Shown: positions 48,917 to 63,886, numbered from the stretch's first letter. The stretch: DNA of 64,000 nucleotides from Paraspadella gotoi (GCA_051294375.1 CM119264.1:16217245-16281244); one strand, 5' to 3'. Numbers and translations: made by a program. The notes: a model not told the origin generated them from the letters alone.

Positions 48917-51900
48917 TCACTGACTTTTGAGATGGGAGTTCTGCCTATCAAGGCGCGTGTTCTGCCTCTCCACGCGACTCCGTTGATTGTGAAGAGGGGG
49001 ACGGTCCGGATCACCCGAATCTCCAGCTTTTTCAGTCTCGTTGTTTCGGGTGGCATTATAGTCCATTATATCAGCGAGCGTTTCAGATACAAACGTCCTA
49101 TGGAGAGGCATTTAATAATTTATTTGTAGAAAAAATTATCTTTATAAAGTTCAGATAAATATAAAGTAAAATCATCAACTAATCTACTGTAGTATTGTGG
49201 CGCCTCACATCCACCATCTTTCAGTCAATCCTATTGGCTCAGAGGGGGAACGAACCATCCGAAGCGTTACATTCCATCCACAGTCCTAATGACTTCCCTC
49301 TGCGAGATCATCCTAGGGTAAGCGCACCAGTGACAGGAGTCGTCACTGAGGGTCTGTACTCTGTAGCCCCTAAAGCCAAAAGTGAGATGCCCCATCCCAA
49401 TGGGCATCACTGGCAACCCAGCTGTTGCTATAAGTAGTGCGTCTTATTATCTCTCTCCCACAAAGGTAGCAGTCTTGTAAGACACCTCTCAAGCCTGGAG
49501 AATAAAGCTAACAAAATATTAAAATCAAGTAGAATCAAAATCGCGAATAGTATATCACGAACAGGCTTGTACCTGTGAACATTTTTAAATAAAAAAAAAA
49601 TAATTTTTGTCAATTTTCGTATACGCCAATATTTATACATACTACTCACCATAGAAAATGTTAAAATTTTAACTTTTTCTAAAAGCAGATTCGAATTCCT
49701 AACGAAAAGTTGATATAAGGAAATATAACTCTTTTTAAAAATATTTTTCATTAAGTGGGTCAAAATCCCAAAAAAATTTATATTTGACCTATAATTGAAT
49801 TTTAGTATAAAAAATATAATTTTTTGAATTTTTGGCTAACTTAATGAAATAATTTTTGATTAGGACTTATATTTTCTTTTATCAACTTCAATTCAAATTC
49901 AAATTCGCTTTCAAAACTAAGAAAACATTATTTTAAAATTTTAACATTTTCTATGTATAAATATGGGCATATGCGAAAATTGACTGTTCATGATCAACTA
50001 TTCGAATTTTAATCTGCAACTTTCACTACGCCTTACTGGAGAACCTGAATAATGTCTTGGACCTGAGACCCTGTGGTGGTATATTCACACTGCCTCACAT
50101 CCACCATCGTTCAGCCAATCTCATTGACTCAGAGAGGGAATGCACCTTCCCAAGCGTTACGTTACATCCCTACTAACGACTTTCCTCTGCGTTAGTAAAG
50201 CGAGAATGTCCTTGGCTAACCGCGCCAGTGACAGGAGGCGTCACTGAGGGTCGGTAACCCCGAAAACCCCATCCGAATGGGCAAACCAAGCAACCCGACT
50301 GTTGATATAGTATACTATCTAGGAAAAAAGTATATCACATTTTTAGTAGAGGATATCTACTTGAAAACTTTCCTGATTTAAAAAAAAAAAATCAGAACGT
50401 TTCCGAATCTACACTGAATTTCCTTTCAGTAGCTTCCTTCCATTTTTTCCTACAAGGTGACACACGACAGCCCGCCGCTAACAAAAAATCGTTATTTGCA
50501 AACTTGTGAAGATTTTTTTAATCTGAAAGATTTTTTTTGTAGTAAAAACCTAAATCATTTATATATATAAATTTCATATTGATTGGTTATGATTTGACTT
50601 GGCAATGACCGGGAAAAAGTTGCTTTAAAAAACGTCATTTTAAAACAAATCTTTTTTTTTTCAATCTCCTTAACTTAATGAACATTTTTTAAAGAAATTT
50701 TACGTAAAAAGGTATCAATATTAATATCTTCTGAAAGCTCTTGAAAATTTGAAAAAAAAGATATATTTAAGAATATAGTAACATAAAAATGAGCCTAACC
50801 AGCTTTAGTTTAATCAAAATAATTTAAATTTAAATTAAAATAATAAAATCCTAAAATNNNNNNNNNNAGTTATTTTTTTTTTTAATTTGGTAATGCTAAA
50901 GGGATTTCACATCTTTTTGGTTAAAAAAAAAGGCCATTATAGCTGACAGAAAAGAGAAAAGAGGCGCAACATCAACATAGGGGCAGAAAAGAATTACATT
51001 AAAGGTGTGGAAAAACATTTCACTGTCATACCTCAATTCGCTGTACAAGAGCATACCCAGACGAATGCAGGCAGTAGTCGATGCCGAAGGAAAGTATTCC
51101 AAATATTGATAATGTTTTACCCATGTTTTGTATATTTTTTATTGAATAAATGAATTTTTAAACAATTATGTGATATACTTTTTTCGTAAATAGTAATAGT
51201 ATAAATCCTCTTTAAAATTTATTACAGACTCGCCTAATTAGCTTTCTGTAAAGCGGAGCGACGAAAACATCCCAAATGAAGTCGGCCGTCAAATCAATAT
51301 ACAATCCGGCATCGCGGAACTCCCCGCTGAAGCGGACGAAAGACCAAATGGAGAAGAGGATCATGTCAGTGTATAGAAGGATCGTAAACAGGTTTGCGAG
51401 AGAATAGACACGGCATAACCCGAGGAGGGAAGAGATCAGGTAAAGAAGGACCATCGTAGCAAAAAGTACGCCGGGTGTTCGAGCCGAGGAAAACACGTTC
51501 TTGCTGTCATTGTGTTTCTGAAAGCTGACCCAGAGTTCGTCCACGTCTTCATCGAGTTGGTCGCGAAAATTGCGACTAAAAGCTGCTCCACCCATCTTCG
51601 GGGTTTTCTCGAACAGCTCCTCAGCCTTCTTGCGAGCGGACTCGTGTTCCTTGGCTAGCGCTTCAGGATGCATGTACGATGTGCCGCCTCCACAAACGTC
51701 CTCCATTAGACGGGTGTAAAGAAGTTTGGCTTTGGCAACTGCTGCCAAGTTATTAGCTTCGGCGGTCGCCTGTAGCATAGATTTTGGTTCAGGAAGTGTG
51801 TCGCCCTGCATCGATGTGAACAAAATTAGATTTTGTGAAGTCTATTTCACGATTAATAATGCTAGTAAGCATTGTGAAAAATATTCTACCTGGTATATTT

Positions 51901-54900
51901 TGATGTAGGCTTTGAAATACTCAAGAAGCTCTGTGCAGGTAATTTTAACACCATTTATTTCCTTGACGACGAGGTTTTCCGGGGCCAGAAGGGCAGGAAC
52001 GTGATCGAGAAGCTGGGCCTTAAATTCATCTTCAATATCCTGAAAATAATCACCCTATGACTAATAAGATGAAATTTTGAGTTGTACCGTGAGTACTGTC
52101 ACTCTGGTGAGTCGGTATGTCTGGCCCACTTATGGTAGGGCCAAACTTTATCAATGGGGTGGGTCAGAAGTTTGATTTGGGAACCTTCCCAAATAAAATT
52201 TCATACATTTAAGTAGGGTTTTTTTCGCAACAAGTGAACAACTTTAAAAATTACATTCCGCGAAAAAAATTAAAAAAAAAAAAAATATTCAAATGACCAG
52301 AAATTCTATGCAGTGACCGTGTGGCGGTTTATTCACACCACCTCAGTGTTTATGCTAGCAAAATCCCACTTAACCAGCGTGACCGTGAGGGGATTGTACT
52401 CAGAACTCACGGCTGGTAAGCGAGTACTTCGCTGTCCAAGATACATGGGACAAGCTGAGTTTGACCAGACTATACGGGAAGCGAATTCAGGATTCGCCAC
52501 AAAGCCTTCTGTCATCTGTATTTTATTAACTCCCAGAGAACCTGACTTCCCACTTAATGAAGAGGTATTATATTTTTATTAACAGTTTTGTTTAAAAGAC
52601 CACTCCCAGAAATTTCTGATATACAGAGTTCGGTCTTGAATCTAACCCCCTTAATTGATCCTCCCCCACGCACGATTGTTTTACAAAATTGTTTATTTTT
52701 TATAGCTGACGAATCGTTAAAAATTTTTCTATCTTTTGGATTGTATTTAGTTTTGCTATGTCGAAAAACATTAGTATGGGAAGCAACCGAAAACCATTAG
52801 TCATGTTTGCTCCGCGCCCAAATAGTTAAAAATAAACTACATATAAATATTTGCACTCCTGTAAAAGTTACTATGATCAACCTTTTTTTATGATCAATCT
52901 AGTGGGTTTCTTTATGGTTATATTGAGCGATTACTGTTTATGGATTTCTCCAAAAAAAATATAATTTCTAGCAGAAGCCAAAATTGTATAACAAGCAATA
53001 TCAATCAGTTCGTACTTTAAAAATTTTATATCTTAAAAAAAATTGAAGCTGAGGTATGTTGAAGTAACTTCAAATACCGTACAATTACCGGGATTAGGTC
53101 CTTGACTTATAAACCATCGATCTATGTTATATATATGTTACTAGTATAAAGTAAGATTTCCTTTAATATAATTGCCTCAGGGCATTATGCCCCTTATAAG
53201 ACAGTATCTCATTTGGAATTTGCAGTATGGGACGAATTAAAAACACTAAACAGTACTTGTAACCGGAATTACATCATTCTCGGCACATTATTGAATACAG
53301 TGGTACCAAGAATGTAGACTTTTTCATATCGTCTACTCATCTTTGGAAGGGTCCTATGGAAGGTATACTTCATAAATGAGTACCTGACATGAGCTAAACA
53401 TGAAATAAAATAACCAATAAAATAATTGGTAAAACTAAATTTTGCAGATATATCATTAAGTTCAAATTATTAGGGGGATTAGTAATTTTTCTTATGGGGG
53501 TAAGTTTTAAGTGCGAACCCTATGAATTACTTATATTACTTATTGCGTGCCCAAAGTCAGGGGCTTATATATTAATTATTATTGTTATTATATAATTATT
53601 ATTATTGGTTGTACCAATTTTAATAATGTCAAAGATTAGAACTCGTTTCTGAACTGAGTGTAGAAGACATCTTAGACATCACCTTTAATTGTCCCTCAAA
53701 CTTTGGACTGGTCGCCACCTTCAAACCCGGATGAGGAAGCAGAAAGCAGGACACACTATCAAAGCATTCGCGAATGTGTGTCCTAACTTGTTGCAGTTCG
53801 ATGTGTTGCGAAGTCGAAACGCGCAAGCGACGCTCAAGCAGCTCTCCACCTCCGATAGCTCCCCACTCCGCTTCGTAGGGATAGCTCCAATCGCGAACTA
53901 AAAATTGGAGGACCTGTGCAAGGATATTAGAGCCTTAAGAAAAAGGGTCATTCAATTCAACTTCAAAATAGGCCAAAATGGAGTACAAATTCAGAAGGCT
54001 GAGCTCCTGCGGATTCCGAAAATGTATTCACTTTAAACATTTGATGCATTCTACGCCATTTTATATCGGTTTTAATTATAATATAAAATAAAAGAAACCT
54101 ATCTGAAGAGTTGCAGGTCAAACGAAAAAGCCAATCCATCTGATATTTTTTATGAATTTTTTATTAGTGAATTCGAAAAATGTAATAGAGAGACATTTTT
54201 AAATTTCAATTTGTATCATTGAAAATGAAACATTTTTAAACTTGAACCCTGAATTCTTCATAACTGGAACGCGTTTATCAAAATGTCTCTCTATTACATT
54301 TTTACAAATGTTTTTAAGATTGCTAATCATTTTTAAATCAATATTATTGCAGTCGTTTAGGCTGCAACTCGTCAAATTCAGTATAGATTCACTGTAGCTC
54401 AAATTTCTTTACCATCTATTTAACTGAAGATTTTGTTCATGACTGGAAAACCAACAGAGTAACAAGATTAATTGTTTAATTTCTCCCTTCTAAATTATCC
54501 CTTACCGTGTTTTAACTTCTTACCTAGAATTTTTTAACAATCAGATTGAAAAACTAATCTTTAAAAAATGTGCTTACCCATTTAACTTAACAATTTTGTT
54601 ATTTACCGATTTAAAAAAATGTTGAAAACAGAATGTTTACATATAAATAAAAACTTCTTTTTTTTTGTGATTACTGATGACTATAATGTATTTCTCGAAG
54701 TATTAGCTCTAATACATCAAAGATTACGCATATTTATCATCGAGATAGGTTGTAAAAGCAGTTGTAAAAAGTTGTTGAAGAGACATCACATGCACAGGAG
54801 ATAGTAGTTTAAATAAAAAAAAAAAACACTTGTAAATCCCACTACGAATTGCCTTATACTAAACAGCTGTAAAAAGGTTTTTAAAGTGCATTATACAATA

Positions 54901-57900
54901 TGATTTTTCTCGTTTGTAACATTTCGAGATAGTATATCTAACAGATATTAGATATTATCTATGCAACCGTAAAATTTAAAAAGATTAATGATAGTCGGTT
55001 TTGAAGGTCTCGGTTTGGTATTTTATATGATAATATAATACAACATACTTGTAATGAGTCTTCTTTATTTAGTGACTGTCTATTAAGTGGAGGTCAAATT
55101 TGAAACTTCAAGAATGCAATTTTCCAATTTTTTCTGATATCTTAAAAGTATAGTTATCTCGCCAGACGTTACTATCAAAGAAAATTAATAAAAAAATTTA
55201 AAAAATGATGAGCGGGGTTTTCCGTCAGTTGCTCACCCTTCTGAGAATATCTATATCGTAGGATTTAATGAGTCTTTAGAGATCAAGAACTGGAGGTAAG
55301 CAAAAGGCAAGCATCGGTTAACGATAGTAACAACAATGACCTCTCAGGTAAGCTCGGTTTAACCACTATTCAAACAACATAAAACCGTAATAATAAACTC
55401 TAAACATAAAAACCAATAACCATATATATAAAAACCCCGACGATGGCCAACTAACATTAATGCGATCTGTATGAAATAGATTAATCAGAGAAATGAAATA
55501 ACAATGAACTGTATTGTTTGTAAACAAATATTGATTGTTTATATTTTTAAACAGTTTTACAAAAGGCGAATAAGAACGACGAATTACGACGAGAGTTTAC
55601 GTCCAAAAAAAAAAAAGAATGATCTATGCGATAACGAAATATTGATGTAATAAAAATAATAATTGATTGATGCAATAGTAATTGATTATTGATGCGATGA
55701 TAAGTAAATATAGATGCGATTATAACCAAATGATTAATGTGACGATAACTAAATGATTAATGCGATGATAACCAAATGAAGGATACGATAAGCAATAATA
55801 ATTGATTGATGTAATAATAATTGATTGATATAACAGTAATTGATTATTGATGGTATTATAACCAAAGGAATGATGCGATGATAGTCATTAATAATCATTC
55901 ATTGACGCGATGATAGTCATTCATTGATGCGATGAGTCATTCATCAATAATTAAGCAGAAATAAGCTAATCCGAAGATGATAAATCACAGTAATTTTTTC
56001 TGATTTTCAATTTGTGATCTTAACAGATCATAACAAATTTTAATTAAAAATCATAACAGACTTTTTAAGAAATCAATAAAAAAAACCTATAAACCAATTA
56101 ATCTATCAATCATTAACAGTAGCTGCGCCATACCAACATGCATAATTTGGTCAACTTGCATTATTTGATCAACTGGCGTAATTTGATCAACTGGAAAATT
56201 TGGTAGACTGGTATAACTTTGTCAATTGACGTAATTTGGTCAACTGGCATAATTTGGTCAATCAATCAATCAGAGAGAAAGAAAGAAATTCAAATAAATG
56301 AGTAAATATGTTGGACATAAACTCGTTGTAATTTGTCGATCTTATTTGCTTTTTGTAAAAATGTTTGAAAATATAAACAATCGATATTTGTTTACAAACA
56401 ATACAGTTCGTTGTTAAATATATTGGTTATACTAATTTCATAAGTCAAAATACTTCAATTAAATATGACTTTTATTTTTTTCTATTTAAACTAATTTCCA
56501 AACGCACAATTTTATCAAAACTATGTCCAGCTCAATCACACACTTTCCTACCCACACACGAAAATTCATTCCAATCCATCCATCCAATCGCAAGTAATTG
56601 GAGTTTAATGCTAAGGGGGGACAACGGATGGACATTTTTTTTGCATAATTTATCATAATTCGATGTTCTGATATGATAATGATTTACCGACAAGGTTTTG
56701 GGGTGGGACCGACGGACCGACAAAGTGGAATATAGAGTTGGAATCTGTTGCTAAGCAGATCCATCTAATAACAAACAAATGCGTGTATGAGTGAGAGAAA
56801 AAAAATAAAGATAGAGAGAAGCTGGACAGCCTCTGCGACGGAAAAAGAGAGAGAAATAGAAGCTGGACAGCCGCTGCAGACCTGAACTCGTCTATGTATA
56901 TAAAAATTGTTAATAAAAACAAATGAGTGTAGGAATATGAAACAAAAATTTAAAAGACCTCAATGATGCGTGACGACTACGGTCAAAAGAAGCAAAAACA
57001 AATTAACATCTCGCCCAAGTCGGGCTGTCGCCCGTCTGGCGATGTAAAAAGCATTTAAAAATAAAGCAAAAATAAATATTAAGTAATGAACATGTAGCAT
57101 TTTTTTTCCTCTTTATGCACGAAAACAAAACCTGTACCAAGTTTTAAAGAATAAAAAAAAATTATTTTATGTTACCCATTTAATAAAATTCTTTAAATTT
57201 TATATTTTTTTAAATTAAAAAAAATCATTTAAACCAGCCAAGATTTTATAAAAAAAATCATATCATTATTTCAAAAATTTACTAAGCACCTAAGCATTAA
57301 AATAATATAATATTGAATAACAGGCAAAATACTACATATTAAAAGTAAAAAAAATCAAAAGTTGATCAACAAATAAGATGAATTCATTGGGGCAAAGAAG
57401 TTAATACGAAAGACTTATGTAAAAATTGATCGATTTAAGGCCTGGGATCACTCAAACAAGAATTGCATAAAGCTTTATACAAATTGTTTTTATGCAATTT
57501 GCAAAAGAAGTATATTTCCTTCGTGTTTCAAATAACAAAAACTTTAAATTTGACTAAGGTTCAGCTTCAAGAGCCACCCAAAAATCGGGCAATTTTTTTT
57601 ATCGGTAAACTTAAAAAATATAAACGTTTATGTAAAGAGAGTGCAGAATACATATTTAATGATGCCTAATACAATTTTTTTACTAAAAGAGTATTACAAA
57701 ATTGTACAATTTTTAAAGTCAAAGACAATTGTCCATTGGCATCTGCAGTTGGTCTCTAAGATAGAAACACTATGGTGCCATAGATGATTACTGATTCCAC
57801 AGATGGACAATCGTTATGCTCTCCTCTTGTCAATTAGTTTCTGTTCCCCACATTCAAAACTGGCTTTGAAGCTTGACCGTTTGCCACAGACGAAAATAAG

Positions 57901-60900
57901 TAAACCCCTTGAAGCATTCTCCTTGTTCACCGTCCGTGTTTCGGTATCACAGCATTTTTTAAATAAAAAAAATTTTAAAAATTTGGATAAAACTTCAGAG
58001 AACGGTAAAGCCATCATTTAAACTAGAAATGAAAATAGATTTTAAAAAGTTCTTTACTCGACTTTCAGTTTTGTAAAATCTACAGAAAAAAAAAAAAAAA
58101 TAAATAAAAAGAGTTGGAGCCAAATCGTTTAAAAAACAAGTTTGAGCAAACAATGTCGGATCTGCCTACAATAATTAAGCGGTTGTAGAAGACGAAAATA
58201 GTAGGTAATCAGCTAATCAGATGATAAATTCCAATTTTTAAAAAAAATTTTTTTAACTCGCATCATTTTTTCAATTTGCATCATTTCTTCAATTTGCATC
58301 ATTTTTACAATTCGCATCATTTTTTTAAACTTGCGCCATTTTTATGATCATTTTTAGTGCTGATTCACGGAAAAAAAACGAGTCTGCAGCTGGCTCTGCA
58401 GGGGCTTTTTCTTTTTCTCTCTTTTCTCCTGCTGCTTCTACTGCTGCCTTTTGATTTCTTTATTTTTTTCTGGCTGCCTCTGCTGCTGCCGCTCTCTCTC
58501 TCTCTGCGTTTTTATTTAAAAAAAAATTGAATTAGGATTGAACTCGTAAAATTAAGCATCGCATTTGTGCATGTTATCATTTTGCTATCGCAACATCATG
58601 TTTTATTTTCGTTTTTATCTCTCTCTGCAATTGCGACGATCCTTATGCTTTTAAGATTTTTTTCACCTTGCATCATTTTTTCAACTTGTATAATTTTTTA
58701 AATTGCATCATTTTTTCACATTATTAATTAATTAAAATATTTATTAGTAATCATAAATAATAAAGATTCAAGTAAAGGTGACTTATGTTTTTTCATTTAA
58801 ACTCATTTCCACTGGCACAATTTCGTCAAAACTTTATATCTAGCTTCTTCACACACTTTCCTACCCGCTCACAAAATTTCATCTCAATCTATTATGGGTT
58901 AAAATAAGTAAAAAGATTCAAGTAAATGTGACTCATATTTTTTTCATTTAAACTCATTTCCACTCGTAACGAAACTTTACATCAAGCTTCATCACACACT
59001 TTCCTACCCACACACAAATTTTTACTCAATCTATCCATCCAATTATGATTAAATAGAGTATTTATTGGTTAAAAAAAGTAAAAGATTTTAGTAAATGCGA
59101 CTTATGTTTTTTCCATTTAAACTCGTTTCCACTCACACGATTCCATCGAAACTTTCCTACCCACACACAAAATTTCATTCTAATCCAACCAGGTAATCAC
59201 GAGTTATTGGAGCTTTTGGCTAAGGTAGGACGGATGGACGGATGGACAGATTGATTGACTGATTAATTAATTGTTTAATTAGTTGACTAATTGATTAATT
59301 AACTGATTAATTATTTAATTTATTAATACATCCTGCATATACATTTAATATAAAAAGAAAAAGCAGCATAATCAATTTGTGAAACAGGTTTTTTTGTTTT
59401 TTTCCATTTAAACTCATTTCCACTCAAACTATTCCATCGAAACTTGATTTCCTGTTCAATCACACTCTTTTCTACCCACATACAAAATTTTTTTTGCATA
59501 ATTTATCATAATTTGATGTTCTGACATGATATAAGTTAGTGCCCTACAATATTGAGGGGGCGGACCGACAAAGTGAATTATAGAGTCGGGATCTGCTGAT
59601 AAGCAGTTCCGACTAAAAATCTTAAAAGGATCGTCGCAATCGCATGAGAAAAATCTGGATTGACGACAAATTTTGATACTAAAAAAATCAAATTTGAGAA
59701 AAATAAAAAAAATAAAAAAATAAAAATAATAAATAAAAAATAAAATAAAAAATAAATAAAATAAAGAATAATAAATATAAAACAGTAAAATAACTTTTTT
59801 TCGTGTTTAATTTTTAGCAAGTGCTCAGTCTGGAGAGACAATATTGAAGGTACTTTTGTTTTACTTTTAGCCTGCATAAGCGAACAGTTTGATCGAATGC
59901 GACCTCTCTAAACACTGTCAACATTCCCAGACAAGAGACAAAGAGAAACTTGAATCAGCTTGACGAAGTGAAGTAAAGACTAAAGTGAAGTAAAATAAAA
60001 TAATAAAGTAAATATATATTTAAAAAAAATACTATTCTGATTGATAGTCAGAATATTTAGGAAAAAAAATTCACAAAAATCTCGGATGTAAATTTGGGAA
60101 TAAATGGCGATAATAAAAGTTTTTAGAGGAAAAAAAAATAATCAGAGAGAGAGAAAGAGAGAGAGAAAGAAGCCAAATCGTTTTCAGCAGCAGAGGCACC
60201 CAGAAAAAAAAAAAAAAATCAAAAGGCAGAAGCAGCAGGAGAAAAGAGAGAAAAAGAAAGAGCCCCTGCAGAGCCAGCTGCAGAAAAAAAATCAAAAGGC
60301 AGCAGCAGAAGCAGCATGAGAAAAGAGATAAAGAATAAGCCCCTGCAGACCCGTTTTTTTTCCCTTTCTCTATGAATCAGTGACTAGGGAAAAGAGAGAG
60401 GGAGAGAGACATGTAATTAAAAGAGAAAAGAGAGAGAAATAGAAAAATAAAAGAGAGAAAATTTGTTTGTTTGATAAAACGTAAACAAAACATAATAACT
60501 GTCCAGACTCAATTTTAAGCACATCGATGATGAGAAGCTGTTTATAAATTTTCAGCTTCATACACCCAAATTTAATCATAAAAAAGGCGATCTATAATTT
60601 GGAACGCCGACAACGACGCCGACTACGCCACTTCTGCGCAAAAGTGTTACAATATCGTCGCAAACGCTAAGCGATTGCGACGATAAAAAAACTAAAATTA
60701 TTTTTCGTTAGTATGGAAATGTGGGAGAAATTCTATGAGAGGGATTTTGGAAATTGTTATTCGTTTTTAAGATATTTAGATTTTAACGCCAACATTTTAT
60801 TATTCTTTTTTTTTCCTATGAAGAAAAGTGAATTTGGAAAATCCTTCCCATAGAATTAGGGACCTTCACCTCAAATAAAATTATGTTAAATTTCATAAAA

Positions 60901-62075
60901 ATCCGCTTCGTCGTTTGGGCTGCAACGCTTCCGATAGGTTTCTTTTATTTTATATAGTAATATAAAATTCAAAAAAACACCAACGGGTTTGAAGAAATAA
61001 TAAAGCAAATACATTTTTGGAATCGTCTGGACATCTACTTTCCAAATCCAAGCTTTGTGTTACCCTATTTATAACTTTTGGCCTTAAAAATACAAGACGG
61101 CGGGCTACAAAATGAGCCAAACTATGTGTCTAGGGTGAAAGGACTCTGAGATATCGCCACAGTAAATGTTACAATTGAGAAAAATCATACTGTAATAATA
61201 AATATACCTGAAAGGGCTTGTGGTCACTGTCCTCCTTCAGCGCAAGCCTGCCGTAATCTGTAAAGAGTTGAAGATGTTGAAGGTCATCCTCTTGGATATT
61301 TTGCGAGATGTTGTAAACCATCACAGACGACGTCATCGTAGATAGTGCGAAGATTGTCGCGCAGTCCTTTACCGTTGACTGTTGGTCGAACGCCCCTATT
61401 AGAGAAGAAAAGCTTAATATTTTGGCTGCAATCACTTAGATCATCAAGGGCAAATGAATGACCCTGGGTGTCCATGAGTAAGACGGCAACTTCTTCCCCC
61501 GAAGGCTTGGCGACGATAAAGGGTTCGCTCCACATGAGGATTCCAGTGGTGTAGCGTTCGCTCCCGCCTTGCCAGGGGAAACCAGTAAGCTTTTCGTCCG
61601 GCGCGCCAAGCCAGTTGTCGCTACCCGCGTTGTTCAAATAGCGGAGGTAGAAGTCAAGGAGAAAGGACTTCCCTTTACGGAAGGCACCAGCGACAGAGAC
61701 GACGACGACTTGCTTGTCACGAATGTTAGGCTGGTATTCGAAATTGGGAGACCTTCTATAGGTCGTTTTCTACATCACATTTCTATCATAGAGTTAGCTT
61801 ATATTATTCCATCTCACCTTCAATAAAATCGAAGCTAAAAGGGCCTCGTCCAGTTCAAAGGTGTGGTCGTCTATGGTTTTGACGACGCAAAGGGGCCGAG
61901 GACCTGTTCCTTGATCCTCAAACCCGAGATCGGACGTGGGCGTGGTCGCGGCAGAATTGTTCGTTGACGCCTCGAGCAAAGACGAGGTCTCAAAGGTTCC
62001 GAGTCTTGAAGGGACGCGTTTCGAAGGAGGGGTCGTCGAATCCGCGGCGCGGGACGCCACTTCTTCGACCGCCAT
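48917..62075 (-). CDS. ATL: Atlastin (ER membrane-fusion GTPase), spliced
   Basis: Exons 62075-61818, 61730-61463, 61395-61208, 53913-53683, 52039-51890, 51805-51234 and probably 49097-48917. Motifs: [11 protein letters not shown] (P-loop), [47 protein letters not shown], two TM helices. Confidence 0.96.
49195..49435. repeat. Diverged ~230-bp GC-rich structured repeat (second copy 50090-50310)
   Basis: Both copies start cctcacatccaccatc and share the hairpins cagtgac..gtcactg and cccat..atggg. Confidence 0.75.
55145..57045 (-). mobile_element. Helentron/DINE-1-like element, sister of 47385-48695, in an atlastin intron
   Basis: Same termini (atctcgccagacgttactatcaaag ... atctcgcccaagtcgggctgtcgcccgtctggcga), same 22-bp minisatellite, and shared ctggacagccgctgcagac block. 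Confidence 0.65.
59610..60690 (-). mobile_element. Second DINE-1/HINE-like family with subTIR atcgtcgcaatcgc
   Basis: atcgtcgcaatcgc at ~59630 and gcgattgcgacgat at ~60671 within a terminal hairpin. Homologous end at 24870-25325; reverse fragment at 58360-58660. Confidence 0.6.
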
Positions 62076-62244
62076 TACATTCGGTTACGTGGTGCGTACC
62101 AAGAATGATATTACCAAGGAAGTGGAATTAAAACAGTCCCGAACAGATAAGACGCTAGGTTAGGATGGAGATGGGCATAGGTGATTTAAAAATAAATGAC
62201 TACTGAAAGATGTGAAAAGAAAAAGAAAATTTTAAAACCAGTAA

Positions 62245-63797
62245 ATTTCTAAGCTCTTTTTAACCAAAAAAGTTTTGTTTAAAAAAAATATTTTTTCTCC
62301 TGAGCCAGGGGTGTTGTAGAGTCAAAATATTGAATTTCCCCTTTTTTTAGTATTTTTTACCTTTTTTCAGTTAATTCTTTAATATACATTGTTATGATTC
62401 TTTCTTTTCGTTGTGTTTATAAATTAGGAAAAACAGTTTTTAAAGGTCAACAACGATGTTGAGCTTTAAAAACTGTTTTTCTTTAATATAATAATCTTTA
62501 ATCAAGTTAATTATCAAAGAAAAAGTTTTTATGAAATTGGTACAACCAATATAAAAATTATCCAATATCCATTCATTTAATAAATAAGCTATTTTGCCCC
62601 TGACTTTGGACAGGCTTTGGTGGTTTAAAGCCTCCATCACTCTTACAAGATAATGACATAGCTTTCAATCAAGACTCTCTTAGTCTTGTTTATTCACTCC
62701 CAGAGTACCTGGCTTCACTATCAATGAGGTGGTATATTATCATATTTAACTGTTTTTAAAACATTAATGAATAAAAAATATTAGTTTTTAGCTTAAGCCA
62801 GGGGTATTGAAGGACAAAAATATGTAGTTTTTCAGAGAGCTCATTCTGGCAAGATTTGGAGTTTGAATTTTTAATATTTTTAGTCTTTGCTTGCCATAAG
62901 GAAAAATAAAATTTTTAAATTAAAATTATTTTTTAAGAAAAATTACAATATTTGTATTTTAATTCTTCGTTTCTAAATCTTTCAAGAAAAAATTTTTTAT
63001 TCATATTTATACTTCAGAAATCTTCAAAATATGATTTTTCTCAATAAATAATTTTAATTTAAAACTTTCATTTTTCTTAATGGCAAGCAAAGATCAAAAA
63101 TATTAGAAATTCAAACTAAAATATCTGAATTATTTTTTAAAAATATTTACAAATCATGTTTTTTTTAAGGATAACATGTTTTAATCATAGTAATGAAAAT
63201 ATTTAATAATTTTAAATGGTTCTTAAGTTAATCAATTAATTGAATATTTCTTCTTAACTGAAAAGTTTTTATTTAACGATTCATCTTAAAAACAAAGCGA
63301 TTAATATAAATTTTTAATTACATATTAAAATTATTTAAATAAAGATAAAATTATTCAAATAATATTCAGTTATTATTATAAATTTTTTTTTCATTTTACA
63401 CTATTTAAAAATAGTTTTACTAAAAAACAAAATTTATTTTTGCATACGTTTCATCTGTGCTGATAAAAATAATAATTTTATCTAACTGTATATACAAATA
63501 TTTTGGTATTACATAAAATATTTTTTCTTTGAGATATAACAATTTTAATGAATTATATTAATTAATTGGTTTGACTTTTTTTTTATTAAAAATCGTTGTT
63601 TGCATAACAACTAAATATGATAAATTAAAATCGTTTTCTTTGATAATTACATTGATTAAAGATTAAAATAACTGAGAAAAGCTAAAAATCAATTAAATTA
63701 AAGGTGAATTTCAATATTTTGGCTTTTTAACACCCCTGGCTCGGGCAAAAAATTATTTTTTTAGAAAAAACTTTATTAGTTAAAAAGAGCTTAGAAA
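62245..63797. mobile_element. AT-rich fold-back/MITE with long imperfect inverted repeats, carrying a family A repeat (62525-62715)
   Basis: 62245-62337 mirrors 63708-63797; inner 62860-62942 mirrors 63036-63117. Confidence 0.65.
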
Positions 63798-63886
63798 AAC
63801 GAACAGAATGACACCCTGACTTGTTCCATAATCATAATATTGTCGGATTCAAATGTAAGTACCAGGTTAAACTAAAATTGAATGCG

